This document shows positions 13,881 to 26,649 of a stretch of 64,000 bases of DNA, piece after piece. The translations under genes were made by a program, and so were the position numbers. This DNA comes from Epiperipatus broadwayi (taxonomy: Eukaryota; Animalia; Onychophora), in NCBI GenBank assembly GCA_028023455.1, contig JAQFVV010000004.1, forward strand, positions 23,312,001-23,376,000, read 5' to 3'. A model generated the notes under the pieces. The model had not been told where the DNA came from and searched no databases. It was given only the letters and a program-made list of their open reading frames with translations. Within the stretch, counting starts at the first letter, position 1; each line of letters opens with the position of its first letter.

Positions 13881-14599
13881 TTAAAATACACTCAGGCTAT
13901 TGATGGGCTCCACAGGTAACAGATAGTGGAATGACTTTTAGATAAGAAAGCCAACTGTGACTATCAAATAAACAGTGCCCAACCAAGAGCTGCTGCCATC
14001 TTGTGGGATAACAGATGTTGGTTCAATAAATGCTAGGTGCTGTTTTCAATACAAACAGTCCTTTCTGTCTTCTTTTTTATTTTTCAGTCAAATAAGTTAT
14101 TGTATGCCCAGGTTGTCATGAGCTCTCATACCATTGGACATCTTATAAAAATTGTAACAACTGAATTACGTGCTTGTGCAACAACACTCAAATTCTTGAG
14201 AATTAAGAAAGCAATGACAAGGACAGACTTAGTAGACTAGCAGTCCTTAATTGTGATCTTTGCTTGAGGCAGTACAACCACTAATGAATGGATTTGGCAT
14301 TGGATTTAAGTGAAATGAAAGTTTTGGCTGGCAAAGATTGTATGTTTAAGCAACCCTTATTTAGAAAACACTCTTTCTACTATAGAAGTGGAAGGACTTA
14401 GAAAATGTTTCACACAGTCTGGCTAAGTTATCATGCCCAGTATATTACTCATTTCAGCAAAAGAAATAATAAGAATAATACCAGCAGTAGTGGTATAGTA
14501 AGTGGCAGTGCTAAAGGTAAGTGTCACAAATATAAATGTATTTTTTTCTACATATAGGTAGACTGAATGTAGGAACTTTATGTGATACAAATTCTTCAA

Positions 14600-15920
14600 G
14601 ATCAGAATGGAGAACCACATTTGTAGCCTAAGATCTATTAAGATTTAAAAATGATATAGCTTCTCTTAGTGAAACTCATCTTTCAGAGGAAAGAAGTTTT
14701 TTGGAAAAGCAGGTCAGTCAGTGAAAGAGGAAAAATGCACAGCATTGAATATGCTGTAAAATCTAATTTAGCATATTTTATTATTAGAATTTTTTGTTGT
14801 ATCAATAAAAAATTAATGATCTTAAAAAATGTGTCTTGCCTTTGATAATGGGACTAGAGCTCATTTTAACAGTGCCTATGTTCCAAATCTAAATTCAGCC
14901 AAGAAAAGCCTTTACTCCTTAGTGGATAGCATTTGATGATTTTAATGCACATGTTGGTACAAATAGTGGCATTTGGTCAAAGGTTACTGGAAATAATGAT
15001 ATTGGAGCAGTAAATTCAAATGATATATTATTACTGCATTTATGCACAACACATGGGTTGACTATCATAAACACTTTGTTTTGACAGAGAAACCACTACA
15101 AAGGAATATGGACACATACACATTCAAAACAATGGCATTTAATAGAATGCATTATTGTTAGGAATCAGAATACAAGAGATCACATTATATGAGCACTCAT
15201 TATTGGAGATTAGTATGATCTAAGTTTAAAATGATAATTGCATCAAAAATATATTATTCCAATCAGATTCACAAGAAAATTGATACTCACTCTACTAACT
15301 AAATTTCAAGAGCTATCAAACATTAAAATTGCTAATTTGGAGAATCAGAACTGTCTGTCATATTTTTAAAGAGTGTGTTAAGGATACAAGTAAATCTATT
15401 CTTGGATTCACTGAAAAGAAGAATCCTGATTCATTTTTTGACAATGGAACATATTATTAATTAAAAAGAAACGTGGCATTCTCTGCTTGGCAAAATAATA
15501 GATTAAATGGGGAACTTCATAGTAAATGAAGGCAAAAGTTCATTGACTGACAAGAAGGCTTAAAAATGATTGGTGGATTAAAACTTGTGAAGAAGATGAG
15601 ATATTTGCTGATCATGATCATTCTACATCTTTTTTTGATGCACTGAAAGCAACTTATGGATCTAAAAAAAGATATTACAATCTTATTAAATTCAGTCGTA
15701 GCCTTCTCTTTTATAATGATAATGATATTTTGAGAGTGTTTTGATCATCTTTTGAATGATGATATAAGAATTGCTATGATGACTGTTAAAGATATATCTA
15801 TTCATCTACTCATTTAGATTTGGACAAAGATATTCAGCTTAAAAAAACAAAACAACTCTTCATAATTTTAAAAATGGAAAGACTAGTACTGATAAAATAC
15901 TTGGACAAGTTTTCAAATAT
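14600..15920 (+). mobile_element. RTE LINE, endonuclease and linker (5' part, interrupted by the NUMT)
   Basis: SLSETHL, AYVP, DFNAHVG, G.GAVNSN..LLL.LC and TH.K.WHL AP-endonuclease motifs. Ends at the K.GK..TDKI motif. Confidence 0.7.
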
Positions 15921-15924
15921 CTGG

Positions 15925-16053
15925 ACCCATAAAATCATGCCATTTAATTTAGTTATGTGATTAAATTTAAAATTAGTTTTTTATATAAAAAATATTATAA
16001 CTTTAAAATTAAGATAATAAATGATATTAAAAAGGATTTTTTGAGAATGATAA
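15925..16053 (+). pseudogene. atp8: NUMT: atp8 remnant
   Basis: P..IMPFN-like start. ATGATAA 7-nt atp8/atp6 overlap at 16047-16053. Confidence 0.5.
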
Positions 16054-16705
16054 TAAATTTATTTAGAGTTTTTGATTCTATCAAGAGTATTTATATTAAA
16101 AATAAATTGATTTTCAACAGGTGTTGGGATATTATAAATGCCAATAATATATAGAGTTCTTCCTTGTCGAAGGATAATAATATTATGATCATTATTCGGA
16201 TTTTTGAATAAGGAGTTTAAAGTTCTTTTAGAAAGAAGAAATATTAAGGGAATAATGCTTATTTTTATTAGTTTATTTTTTATAATTATATTAAATAATT
16301 GTTAACAAATGTCATTTATGAGAACTTCACATTTGTTGGTAATATTAAGGTTGGCTTTAACTTTATAAGTAAGATTTATAATTTTTGGATGAGTAAATAA
16401 ATAAATAATATTTGCTTATTTAGTTTCAACTGAAACTCCTTTAGTTTTAAGATCATTTATAGGTTGTACTGAAACCAAGAAATTTTATTCATCCATAAAT
16501 TTTATCAGTATAATTAACTGCAAATATAATTGCAGGTCATTTATTAAATTTTGTTGGGGGTCAGGTAAGAATTGTTAGAATATTTATATTATTTGTTTTA
16601 TTGTTTAGTCAAACATTTTTATTAATACTTGAAAGTGCAGTGTTTTTTATTCAATCATATATTTTTGTGGTTTTAAGGAGATTATATTCAAGTGAAATTT
16701 ATTAA
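16047..16705 (+). pseudogene. atp6: NUMT: atp6
   Basis: MMINLFSVFD start, TSHL, LVSTETPL.L.SF, LTANIIAGHLL, LESAVFFIQSYIF..L..LYSSE and TAA stop overlapping the cox3 ATG. Contains frameshifts. Confidence 0.85.
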
Positions 16706-16902
16706 TGATAAAACATCATACTTATTATAATATAATAGAGTTAAGTCCATGACCAATTAACATCACATGATCACTATTCTTTATGCTTACACAGAGACAA
16801 AACTCTCCATACAGTAGTGCCATTCAGTTCAAGTCAGAGTAATCAATGGATGCAGGAAGGTTTGTGCATAAAATCTCTATCTAGTGCCTACTCATCCAAT
16901 AT

Positions 16903-16942
16903 CCCCAGACTAGTTTCTAGCTTGTGGCTTTCATCAGTGAGG
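16903..16942 (-). ncRNA. Minimal type I hammerhead ribozyme motif, intact core
   Basis: CCTCA CTGATGA AAGC-CACAA-GCTA GAAAC TA GTC TGGGG. Helix I is CCUCA/UGGGG, helix III has a palindromic CTAG, and the cleavage triplet is GUC. Confidence 0.75.
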
Positions 16943-17064
16943 AACCTTGGATCTGAGAACACTGCACCTAGATCTTAGGAACTAATGCACACTCCACCAG
17001 CCATTAAAGATGGCTTCTGGAGGGTTGCATTAGATCTTAGTGCAGCACTGTCAGATCCAAGGCT

Positions 17065-17104
17065 CCTCATTGATGAAAGCCACAAGCTAGAAACTAGTCT
17101 GGGG
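17065..17104 (+). ncRNA. Hammerhead motif with C3-to-U core mutation
   Basis: CCTCA TTGATGA AAGCCACAAGCTA GAAACTAGTC TGGGG. Confidence 0.6.
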
Positions 17105-17175
17105 ATATTGGATGAGTAGGCACTAGATAGGAATTTTATGCACAAACCTTCCTGCGTTCATTGATTACTCTAGCT

Positions 17176-17574
17176 CATGGGTCCCCAACTCTATGCCCAT
17201 GGGCACCATGGCGCCCGCAGACCATTTTACGTGTGCCCACCACTATCTGAACACGATAAAAAATTATTTATCTGATACAAATAAATTTAATTTTTAAAAT
17301 TTCTTATAAATTATTGTATTATATTGTAATCAAATTGTAGGGCATACTATACTTTTACAGCTTAAAAATATAAACGTTAATTATATGTTAAAATTTTATT
17401 TTTGAAATAAATATTTTTTTGTACATTATGTGTGTTATTAACAATATCCAACTATAAATTTACATTGAAAAAATAAATGGTGCCTGCCATCTGGTTGAAA
17501 AAAATAAATAGTGCCCGCCACCTAGCTGGTATTATAGAATGTGCTCTTAAGTGCAAAAAGGTTGGGGACCCCTG
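17176..17574. mobile_element. hAT (Buster/Charlie-type) MITE
   Basis: TIRs CATGGGTCCCCAACT and AGGTTGGGGACCCCTG. Left flank ctctagct resembles the Buster nnnTAnnn target. Right TSD is lost. Confidence 0.8.
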
Positions 17575-18262
17575 ACCCTTACTGTATGGAGAGTTTTGCC
17601 TCCATAATCAATTATTGGGGTATGTGGAGCATTATTGTCAACAAGTGGATTAGTAAATTGATTTCATAATTATTATAAGAATATTATTAATAGGAGTTGT
17701 TATCATTATATTAACTATAATTCAATAATGAAGTGATGTTCATAAAGCAACATATCAAGGATTACATACGAGTAATGTAATATTTGGATTACAATGCGGA
17801 GTAGTAGTATTTATTAAATCAGACCTTTTATTTTTTTTTGAGCATTTTTACGTAAGAGATTAGTTCCTACTATAGAATCAGGATCTTTTTGAACACCAAT
17901 AGGTGTGATGCTATTAAATCCATTTCAAGTCCATTATTGAATACTGCTATATTTTAGCTTCAGGAGTTATTGTAATATGAGTGCATCATAGATTAATAGA
18001 AGGTAATTATAATCAAGGAATTTGAGAATTAATATGTACTGCATTATTAGGATTATGTTTTCCTTTAAGAAATAGAGTATTATGAATCAAGATTTTCAAT
18101 TTTGGATTTTTTTTTTGGAACTGCTTTTTTTGTAGCAACTGGATTTCATGGATTGCATGTTCTTAACTGGGAGGTTTTTTTTTTATTAATTTGTCAATAT
18201 TATTGACATTATTCTAAATTTCATCATTTTGCATTTGAAGTATCAGCTTAATATTGACATTG

Positions 18263-18620
18263 AAAAAACAAAAGAAATAGGAAACATTGCGGTAATTATT
18301 GTGATCATTATTATCCATTACAGCAAAATTACTTTCAAGAATTTTGTTGAATAGATTACTTCCAGTTATAGAAAAATGACTACCAGAGTCTCAGTGTGGT
18401 TTTAGGAAATCAAAAAGCATTAGAGATATGATTTTTATTGCAAGGCAAATGTGAGAAAAGTGTCAGCAACAATGGAATGATTTACATATTGCTATTGTTA
18501 ATTTAGTCAAGCAATTTGATTCAATTAATAGGACAGGTCTATGGCATTGTTTAATATTAGTTGGTTGTTTACCAAAGTTTATTCGTATTACATAGCTTCT
18601 AACAATATTTGTATTTTTCA
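18263..18620 (+). mobile_element. RTE LINE RT N-terminus (continuation of 14600-15920)
   Basis: CGNY..SL.SI..K...RILLNRLLP..EK.LPESQCGFR, DMIFIARQ..EKC and FDSINR.GLW motifs. Confidence 0.8.
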
Positions 18621-18849
18621 TTAAAAAATGTCATGATTGATATTTGTCAAACAGAAATTCATATTCACTGAGCATTAGTGCAATACTTAATTTTTTTTAT
18701 TTATAGTTTATTATTAATAATTAACAACAATTTGCAACTAAAATGGTGATGCTTAAAATGTATTTCACTTTTAATAAAGTAGAAATAATTTTTAAATCTT
18801 ATTGCCAGTATAATAGTGTTATTTCAAAATCTTCTAATATCCAAAAATG

Positions 18850-19300
18850 TTGAGATCGGCTATCAGGGTGTAATAAAAATGAAATACAGTAAACAAAACT
18901 AAAACGTTCCATAAGCATTTATTAAAAAAGACAACATGTTATAGAATCAGATCAAAGTATATTTATTTACATGATATTTAAATACTTCACATTGATTGAC
19001 ATTTTTGTATGAACCACAACTAAATTTTATGCTAAATGTTTATTCTGAAAAAGAAATGCCAATAGAAAAAATGTATGTTGATTCAATATTCAACTACTTC
19101 TATAGACATCAGCCATCATATATATGCACAAAATCTGTATTCCATTGGTCCTTTTCTTATGAAAAAAATTGAATTATTAGAAAATCAGCCCAAAAACATT
19201 TGCAAATGTGCTTCAAAAATTTATCCTCGAAACAAATAATTCCAGACAAACTATAATGGTGAAAATGTAACATCTGCATAACTTCCAGTATTTATAAAAA
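18850..19300 (-). mobile_element. Possible Tc1/mariner C-terminal remnant
   Basis: Weak PDF...FF.W...VY-like motif only. Confidence 0.3.
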
Positions 19301-19521
19301 ATTGTTGCCATCAATAAGATTTTAAATTGTTAAAGCATTAAAATAAGTTATAACAAAAATGTGAACAGATAAATGGAAATTAATCATATCATTAATATTT
19401 CAAAACGAAATAACTATTTATTAATAGTCATACTGTTTTAAAATATATAACAATTTTATTTAAAATAAGTGAGAAGTTTGTAAATATAAAATCACTATTG
19501 AAGTTTATAAAAATAACTTAC

Positions 19522-19617
19522 TCCAGACAAATCATCTACTGTCACTAAAGTAATTAAAACATGTGCAGTCAGAGACACATTTTCATTATTCTTTATAATA
19601 TTATTGGCTCTTAAAGA
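19522..19617 (-). CDS. Mcr: Mcr exon: SLRANNIIKNNENVSLTAHVLITLVTVDDLSG
   Basis: TTTTTCAG acceptor, GGA|GTAAGT donor, 96 nt, phase 0-0. N.SLTAHVLITL motif. Confidence 0.93.
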
Positions 19618-20049
19618 CTGAAAAATAAATATATATTAATTTAATCAAAAGTAATTTATTTAACATTAATCTATCAATAGTATAACTTGCATATATACAT
19701 ATAAATTTATTGCATACATACATATATCAAATATTCTTTCATATTTTCCTATGTATAAGGAGAGGTAAGAGATTATTTATATAAAGTGGTGATTGGTTCG
19801 GGTCATTATTATGATTATTTTTTCTATCCAAACTTTCTTATTGACATTTCAATAATATTTCATTTATTTTAGGATAATAATAGCTTGAGATCCCAATGTA
19901 ACTTTATAAAGTTAAAAATATTAAAATTCAAATTAGCAGTATAATGAAATTCAAATAATTTATTAAATTAAATTTACATTAGAATCTCTCTTTTAAAATC
20001 CTGTTTTTTTATTGCATTCAAATAATATTGAAATATCTTAAGAAATTTT

Positions 20050-21960
20050 AGATATCATGCATAGTCACATTTACACTATCTATCTACTAATCTTTTGTTA
20101 TATAAATGGTCTCTTACCTATCTTCAAACATGAAAAAAAAACACAATGATGTTTGACATTTTTTATACATAAAAAAATATTTGTCAGCATATAATACCAG
20201 AACATCCCCCCATGTTTTTGCCTAAAATCTTTTTCTTTACTTGTGTTTATAATATTGTAACATTAAGATTATGTCTTCAAGTTAACAAACCTTTTTTTTT
20301 TTTTTTGCAAGGTTTCAAAATGAATTATGAATCATTGCATTGTTTTGTGAAAATATTTATAATGGTTTTTTTGTCTTCATCATTTTTATCTCATCATTAA
20401 TATAACATTCTTTTTGTCTCTCTTTAATATGCCTGGCTATTTCTCTCCTTAAGAAAGGAATAACTTACTTCTCTCTGCTATCTATAGCCACTTAATAATT
20501 CTTTTGTTTAAATGTATACCCAATCCAATTGCTCTTTTACATCATAATTTCTGCAAACCATTTATATATTTTTGTTACTAAGTTTCTATTGTATCTTTTA
20601 TCATTCATCTCTAAATCCACTTTTATAACTATTTGCCAATGTTTTTATTTTTTTTAACTGTCCTAGGTTCTACTCCTGATAAGAAAACAGTTACCTAAAT
20701 CAATTTTCACTGCAACAGAACTTCCATATTAATTTTATTATTTTAATTTTTTGCAATGTTTTTTAAATAAACCATCACTTAAATTTACTGATAGAAAGTG
20801 AAATAACTTCAAATTCAAAGCAGGAAAACAAAATTTTAAATATATATTTATATTTATTCTACTACAATATAAGTAATAGAACAATCTTGATTAGTAAAGA
20901 CAGAGTGATGGATTAAGGAATTAAAAGATTTCTGGATCTGGTGCTCAAACATCAAAGGCTTTCTGAGTGATGAATTATTACATTAAAAAAAAAATCTAAA
21001 TATTAAATAATATTAAAAGTATATAGAATTATTCCTGTAATTAAACTACTATTAATATTACAAATACTAAAATCTCCTTAAGGATTCCCGACTCCTGAGA
21101 ATGGCCTTAATCAAAAAATTTTCATATTTTTCTTTTCCATATATCTCTATCCACAACATCTGTTTTTGATAGATTCAATGTTTATCCAGTCTTTTTTCCA
21201 TCATTTTCCTGGATTTCTTATCCTTTTCCTCTTTTCCACTTCCTAATCAATTATCTCTGATATTTTATTTTTAAATCATTCTCCAAACATGATCTTACTA
21301 TCTTAATCTCCTTTCTTTATCTCATTTTTTCATTTCAACCACTTCTCTGATTTCTTAACTTATTCTTTTCTTCAATTTTGATCTTATCACTGTTATTTAA
21401 TAATGCATTTCCATTGCCAAAAGTCTCCATTTTATCTACATTTCATACAATATAAAAAATATGTGAGGTTTTTTGTTTTGTTTTCATCAATAAATTATTA
21501 CTCCATAAATCTAAAAACTAAGTTGAGCATTTCTATTGCCTACTTTATTTTATCAATTCTTACAAATCTCTTTTTTTAATGATGCCAAATGCTGAAATAC
21601 AATACAAAAACTAAATTGAAAATGAAATTTTCATTGTTATTTGTTAACATTACAAAAAAAAGAAAAATTGTATTGTCAATAGAACATTTATTTAAATTTC
21701 ATGTGATCCTAATTCTTGTTCATATTTATAACAACAACAAGAGAAAGAAGAAAAAAAGAAATCATTACATGAACTCTTTCTACACATTATTAATATGCAT
21801 CAACTCTATTTCTCTTTTTGCAGAACTGCAGTGGAAGAAATACATTTTCTGCTAATATTAAGATAACCTTGGAAAACTCATTTTTGAGATCCAATAGTAG
21901 ATATGTAAAAGTAACAAAAAATTTTGTTAATTGTTTTCTATTTTTAAGTCCTGTAATGTT
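20050..21960 (-). mobile_element. Rearranged RTE-type LINE remnants (endonuclease piece plus RT 3' end)
   Basis: EVE.KR.R.NP..W and DR..W 3' motifs near 21120-21250. Degenerate QGS.LS and ADD motifs near 21780-21950. Confidence 0.5.
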
Positions 21961-24049
21961 AATATTAGCTTATGTAGGTCTCCACTTTATTTTGCTATGA
22001 AAGCCAGTTCATGGTGGTTAAGCCATGACTGAGCAACATATAAACTTGAATCAGAAGTTTTAACGTCATTAATATTGGTTACTATTACTTTAGTTTCTTT
22101 AATCACACTAAAAAAATAGTTCCAGTATTAATACAGTACTTATTGAGAATTTTAAAACAAAACAGCATATATTGACATTCATTTTCTATGAATTAAGAAT
22201 TTAATATATAACAGTATACATATAAAGTAATCTGATACATATCTAACATTAGATTCAAAAATAAGCAATCTCTAATTTCCATTAGTAACTTTCTGAGAAA
22301 AGTAAAATATTATTATAGCTTTTTATTATATTTGCAATGTCATGCAATATCACGAATTAATAATAACTGTCAACCTCATAATCTTAATAAAATTAATATC
22401 CTTCCAAATTTCAAAATCACAGAATCCAGCTGAAATGCAAGTGAAGGTATTTCAAATCTGCATAAAGTAGCCAAATTTATAATGTTATTATACTAATGAT
22501 TTTAATGAAAAATCCAATCTCATTTTGTTATAACAGTTATTTCATAATTTAAATACATAAACTATTTGAGTATATAATGCATATATTTATTATCTATATT
22601 TTTTTATTTTTCCAATTTTTATTTCAGATATTCAATTGATCTGCTTAATGCAGTAGACCCTTGAACTATGCTATATTTTGTTCCAATCCCTTCTCGCACA
22701 CAATGAATATAATGCATAATAGCTCATGTTTTGATGACATATTTTGATTATAATATAATATCTGATATAAGCACTAGGAACACTGAGTAAAAAGAGCTTT
22801 ACTTACTTAGCATTCCCTAATGCTTATATAGAATTACAATAAATATTGTTTATTGTACCATAAGTATACAGTGCTTTTGAACATGCGTATATGTGTATAG
22901 TTTGCATATATAAATTAAAATATAAACAAAATTTTTGAAAAATAATGTTATTAATAATAAATTGGAAAGCACATTTACATATATACTCACAGTATTGTAT
23001 ATGTGTTTATCATAATTTAATATCTGTCCTGGATATTTTTTTAAAATTATAATGAACATGTAGCAATGGCTTCATTATTGGCAAGTGCAGTTTCACTAGC
23101 AGTTAGTTACTTTAATATTTTTTAAGGTTTTAACAGTTTCAGAATCTATAGAGCTATCTTTTATTTGCAATGAATAGCTGTGTAATCCAGATTATTGTCT
23201 ACATTCTTCATAGAGACTTAAAGCTTTGTGATACAGTACAATATTATGAACGGAAACATTCTTACAATTTATATCATTTAATCATAGATTTAAGGCTTTT
23301 TCCATTTTAACAAAACAATTATCTTTTATTTTCTACAATGTCAAGAATCTGCACCTTTTATAATTTCTTTGATTGATGACTCTTTTTTTTTTTTGAAACA
23401 TATAGTGATTTCAGAAAGATTTCTTCCTTTTTCCTTATTAAATCAATTTTTTTTCTCATTTAATAAAAATATACTTTTTTGGGATTTATTGCTCAGTGTA
23501 TTACAATACATTTTACTGAATATATGCTAATATATATAAAACATTTTGGAAAAAAACAAACTGTTTGCATGTTTATAACTACACAATCACAAGAAAATGT
23601 GATTAAAAAAATTCATGCTTGAGATTTGAGAATGTTATAGTTAGCATGAAAAAAACAACAACCAATAGCTGTTGTATTGAGATTTGCAAAATAAGTTTAT
23701 GAATTTTAATGTTTTTTTATTTGTTTGTTTATATATTTATTTACAATGTTTTTGGTCAACATATAAGTGAAGCCATGTAGTTTGATATAGCATAATTTAC
23801 AGCATCATTGTTATTTCCAAATTAGTTAATATTAGTAAATTTTAACAAGTTCTTGAAGATTTTTTCTAAAATCTTATCATTCAATTTAATATAAATGAGT
23901 AATTATTTACAGATTGATTTTTATAAGTTTTTTTAATTCTCCAAAACTTTTAATGAGGTTTCATAAACATAGAATATAATCAACCATTATTGCAAAATAT
24001 AAATCTCTTCAGACTTAATCCACTTTTTCTAATTCACAGTTTCTCTTTT

Positions 24050-25200
24050 ATATATTATACTAAGAAACTTCATTTCATCCATCCATTTCACATGTGGTCT
24101 CTTTCTAGGTTTTTTACAAACTCTTGGAATCTAGTTTAAGATCTTCAACTGTCTATTTATTATCATCTCTTCTGGCAATACATAATCCAAGTTTCATTTC
24201 AATATTTTCATTTTTTCAATGACATATGTTTGTCCCTGTTTTTATCCTTTCTTGTTCTTCCCAACATATATATAATGGTTTGAAGTCTGGACTATTTTTC
24301 TATTAAATGTCCAGGTCTTAGATTCATAAATAAGAACTGATAAAACAACATATCTATTAAAAACATTATTTTTCAAAAACATAGGCATATTTCCTTCTAA
24401 TATTAAGTTAGTTCATTCCATCCAAATTTAATTCTAAGATTGATTTTACCATTATGTTCCCATTTGTGTTAATGATCTAATCGAGGTAATTATAGTTGTT
24501 AACTTCCTTTAAATGATAATCATAAAACTTTATTTTTTTCTTAAAAAAATCCATTGAACATTACTTTAGTCTTTTTTAACATTTATTTTTAATCCTATTT
24601 TCTTATATTGATCTGATAACTTATAATATTTCTTAAAACTCAGAAACATCATTTTCAAAAGCAACCACATCATACATATGTATGTACTTATTGCTATAAA
24701 AAGTTTTGGCGATATAGAATCATCCTGTCACATACCCCCTCTCAATTCTAGCATTAATGTCTACAATGAAAATTTCTTATATGTTTTTGTTTGATCAGTT
24801 GACAAGTATTTTATATATCCACACAAAACCTTCTATTTCCTAATAATAATAACTTAATGAGCATTAACTTGAATTATCTATATTTGGTAACTTCTATTAA
24901 TTTGAATAACTACTTTTTCAAATCTGTTTCACTAATACCATTAATCTCCACAATGCTGTTCTTCTATTTTTTATTTATAATGAATCCTATTTTACTTGTA
25001 CTTCCAATAATCATTCATTTGTAGTAAAATATATATCTACTTTTCAAATGAATGATATCTTCATCTTTTTTTCTAACTTCACAATTTCATCAATGACCCA
25101 TTTAATATTAGATAATCCTTCCAATTTAGGCAATCTTCCTTTAAAGTAATCTCCAGTTGTAGACATCTAAGTAAAAGGTCTTCATCCAATGGAAGCCTGA
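24050..25200 (-). mobile_element. Internally deleted RTE copy, same family as 54975-57680
   Basis: Nucleotide-level similarity to 55090-55680 and 57545-57660. Confidence 0.8.
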
Positions 25201-25889
25201 GTTTGCAATCAGGAGATTCTTAGTATAATCTACTGCTTGGATGATGAACTTCCTGAAAATAAGGACTATAATTAAATTTGTTTGTCATGATTTGTAGCTG
25301 AAGATGCTAAGAACATTCTGATTGTAAATATAGGCTGCCATCTAATGGTGATTTTTTATTTAGCTGCTTATAATGACAGATCATTTTTAAATGAAGGAAG
25401 ACTACATAATTTTAGGGTCTATTATAAACATATTTATATTAAATTGTGTCAGATTTATATAGCTACTCAAGAAAGTTGGCTTAGATTTAAAACATTAATA
25501 AATTTTGCTGTATAATAACAATAGAAAAAAAAAGAGTAAAATATGGCTGCTTAAGGAAAGATGCATTAGTTGTAAAAAATTCATGATCAATAGATCAAGA
25601 TCATCATCAATGAAAGTTACAAGCTAGAAAACAATCTGGTGATATGAATAGGAAAGTCCTGGTTAGATTTTTATTAAGCACTACCATCTAGCATTTATAA
25701 GATATCACTAGGTGGCATGATTGGAATGAGAGAAAAATAATTTTCCATTGCACATAATTTTCATAAAATTTAGTATTAAAAATAATTTTGAATAAACATT
25801 CAATCTTTTATGCTAATTATGTCTGAGAAGAATCATTAAAGTTGGTAAAGACAAAAAGTATACAGAATTTTATAAAAATTTACGATTAC

Positions 25890-26070
25890 CTCAAATTTCA
25901 TTTTTCTATCATAAGGAGTTTCAATTGTTTCTCTAAAACAACCATCATCTCTCTGATTAGAGATAAGCCATGTCATGGCATGAGAAATTATATCAGGGTC
26001 AATGTAAAGATATGGTTCCCATTCACTGTAACGTGCAGCTCGAAGAGTGCGAGCGACAAAAGCAGTAAGC
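25890..26070 (-). CDS. Mcr: Mcr exon E8: (W)LTAFVARTLRAARYSEWEPYLYIDPDIISHAMTWLISNQRDDGCFRETIETPYDRKMKFE
   Basis: TTTTTTAG acceptor, GAG|GTAATC donor, 181 nt, phase 2-0. WLTAF, WE...YID and DRKM are Mcr motifs. Confidence 0.95.
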
Positions 26071-26649
26071 CTAAAAAATATAATTACATGAAATCAGTAT
26101 TTTAAAACAGAAATTGAACATTTATTATAGTTATTAACATCAATTTTATTTTATCTTTAAATAAGAAATATTAAAAAAAATTCTGTGATTATAATTTTAA
26201 AAGTTAATTTTTATAAACTAATTCCATAATGTAACACATTGTTATTTTAATAATAACAATAATTCGAATCTTCAGTGGTGGTCATTTTCAATTATTTTAG
26301 TAAATTTTTTTGACAAATTTGTCCTACATTTTTCTATTATTAAAATACAGTTTGGTTTTTTTGCTAATGAACTTAAAATAGCAAGTCATTAGACAAACTG
26401 TCAAAACTATTCACCTAGAATGATAGTAGAATTACTAATTACTGAAATGCTTATTATTTGTTTAAAACAATTTTATATTTAAAATTTTTGCTGTAGGGCT
26501 TTTTATCATTATATTCAAGATTGTTCTTTCTTACTAGCTTTCATTTCATCTTTCTTATGATCTGCTCACTTTTAAGTTTTTTTTCAGATTATATAGTCAG
26601 CAGAAAATATAGACAGAACAATATAAAATATTTCATATCACCGACAATA

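Larger units (their letters stand above)
16760..17600. mobile_element. Penelope-type palindromic element (arms about 180 bp) with a hammerhead motif in each arm; probable 14-bp TSD
   Basis: Arms about 16795-16975 and 17035-17175 plus 17575-17600. Flanked by tccatgaccaatta (16746-16759) and tccataatcaatta (17601-17614). Confidence 0.75.
16705..18261 (+). pseudogene. cox3: NUMT: cox3 (16705-16759 and 17615-18261), split by an insertion
   Basis: SPWP, then [51 protein letters not shown] and FHHFAFE.SA.YWH in the invertebrate mitochondrial code. Confidence 0.9.

Noticed and set aside
25842-26105. Plus-strand ORF (87 aa); likewise 53878..54066 and 47149..47445
   Set aside because: Antisense shadows of real minus-strand coding sequence (Mcr exons, LINE ORF2).
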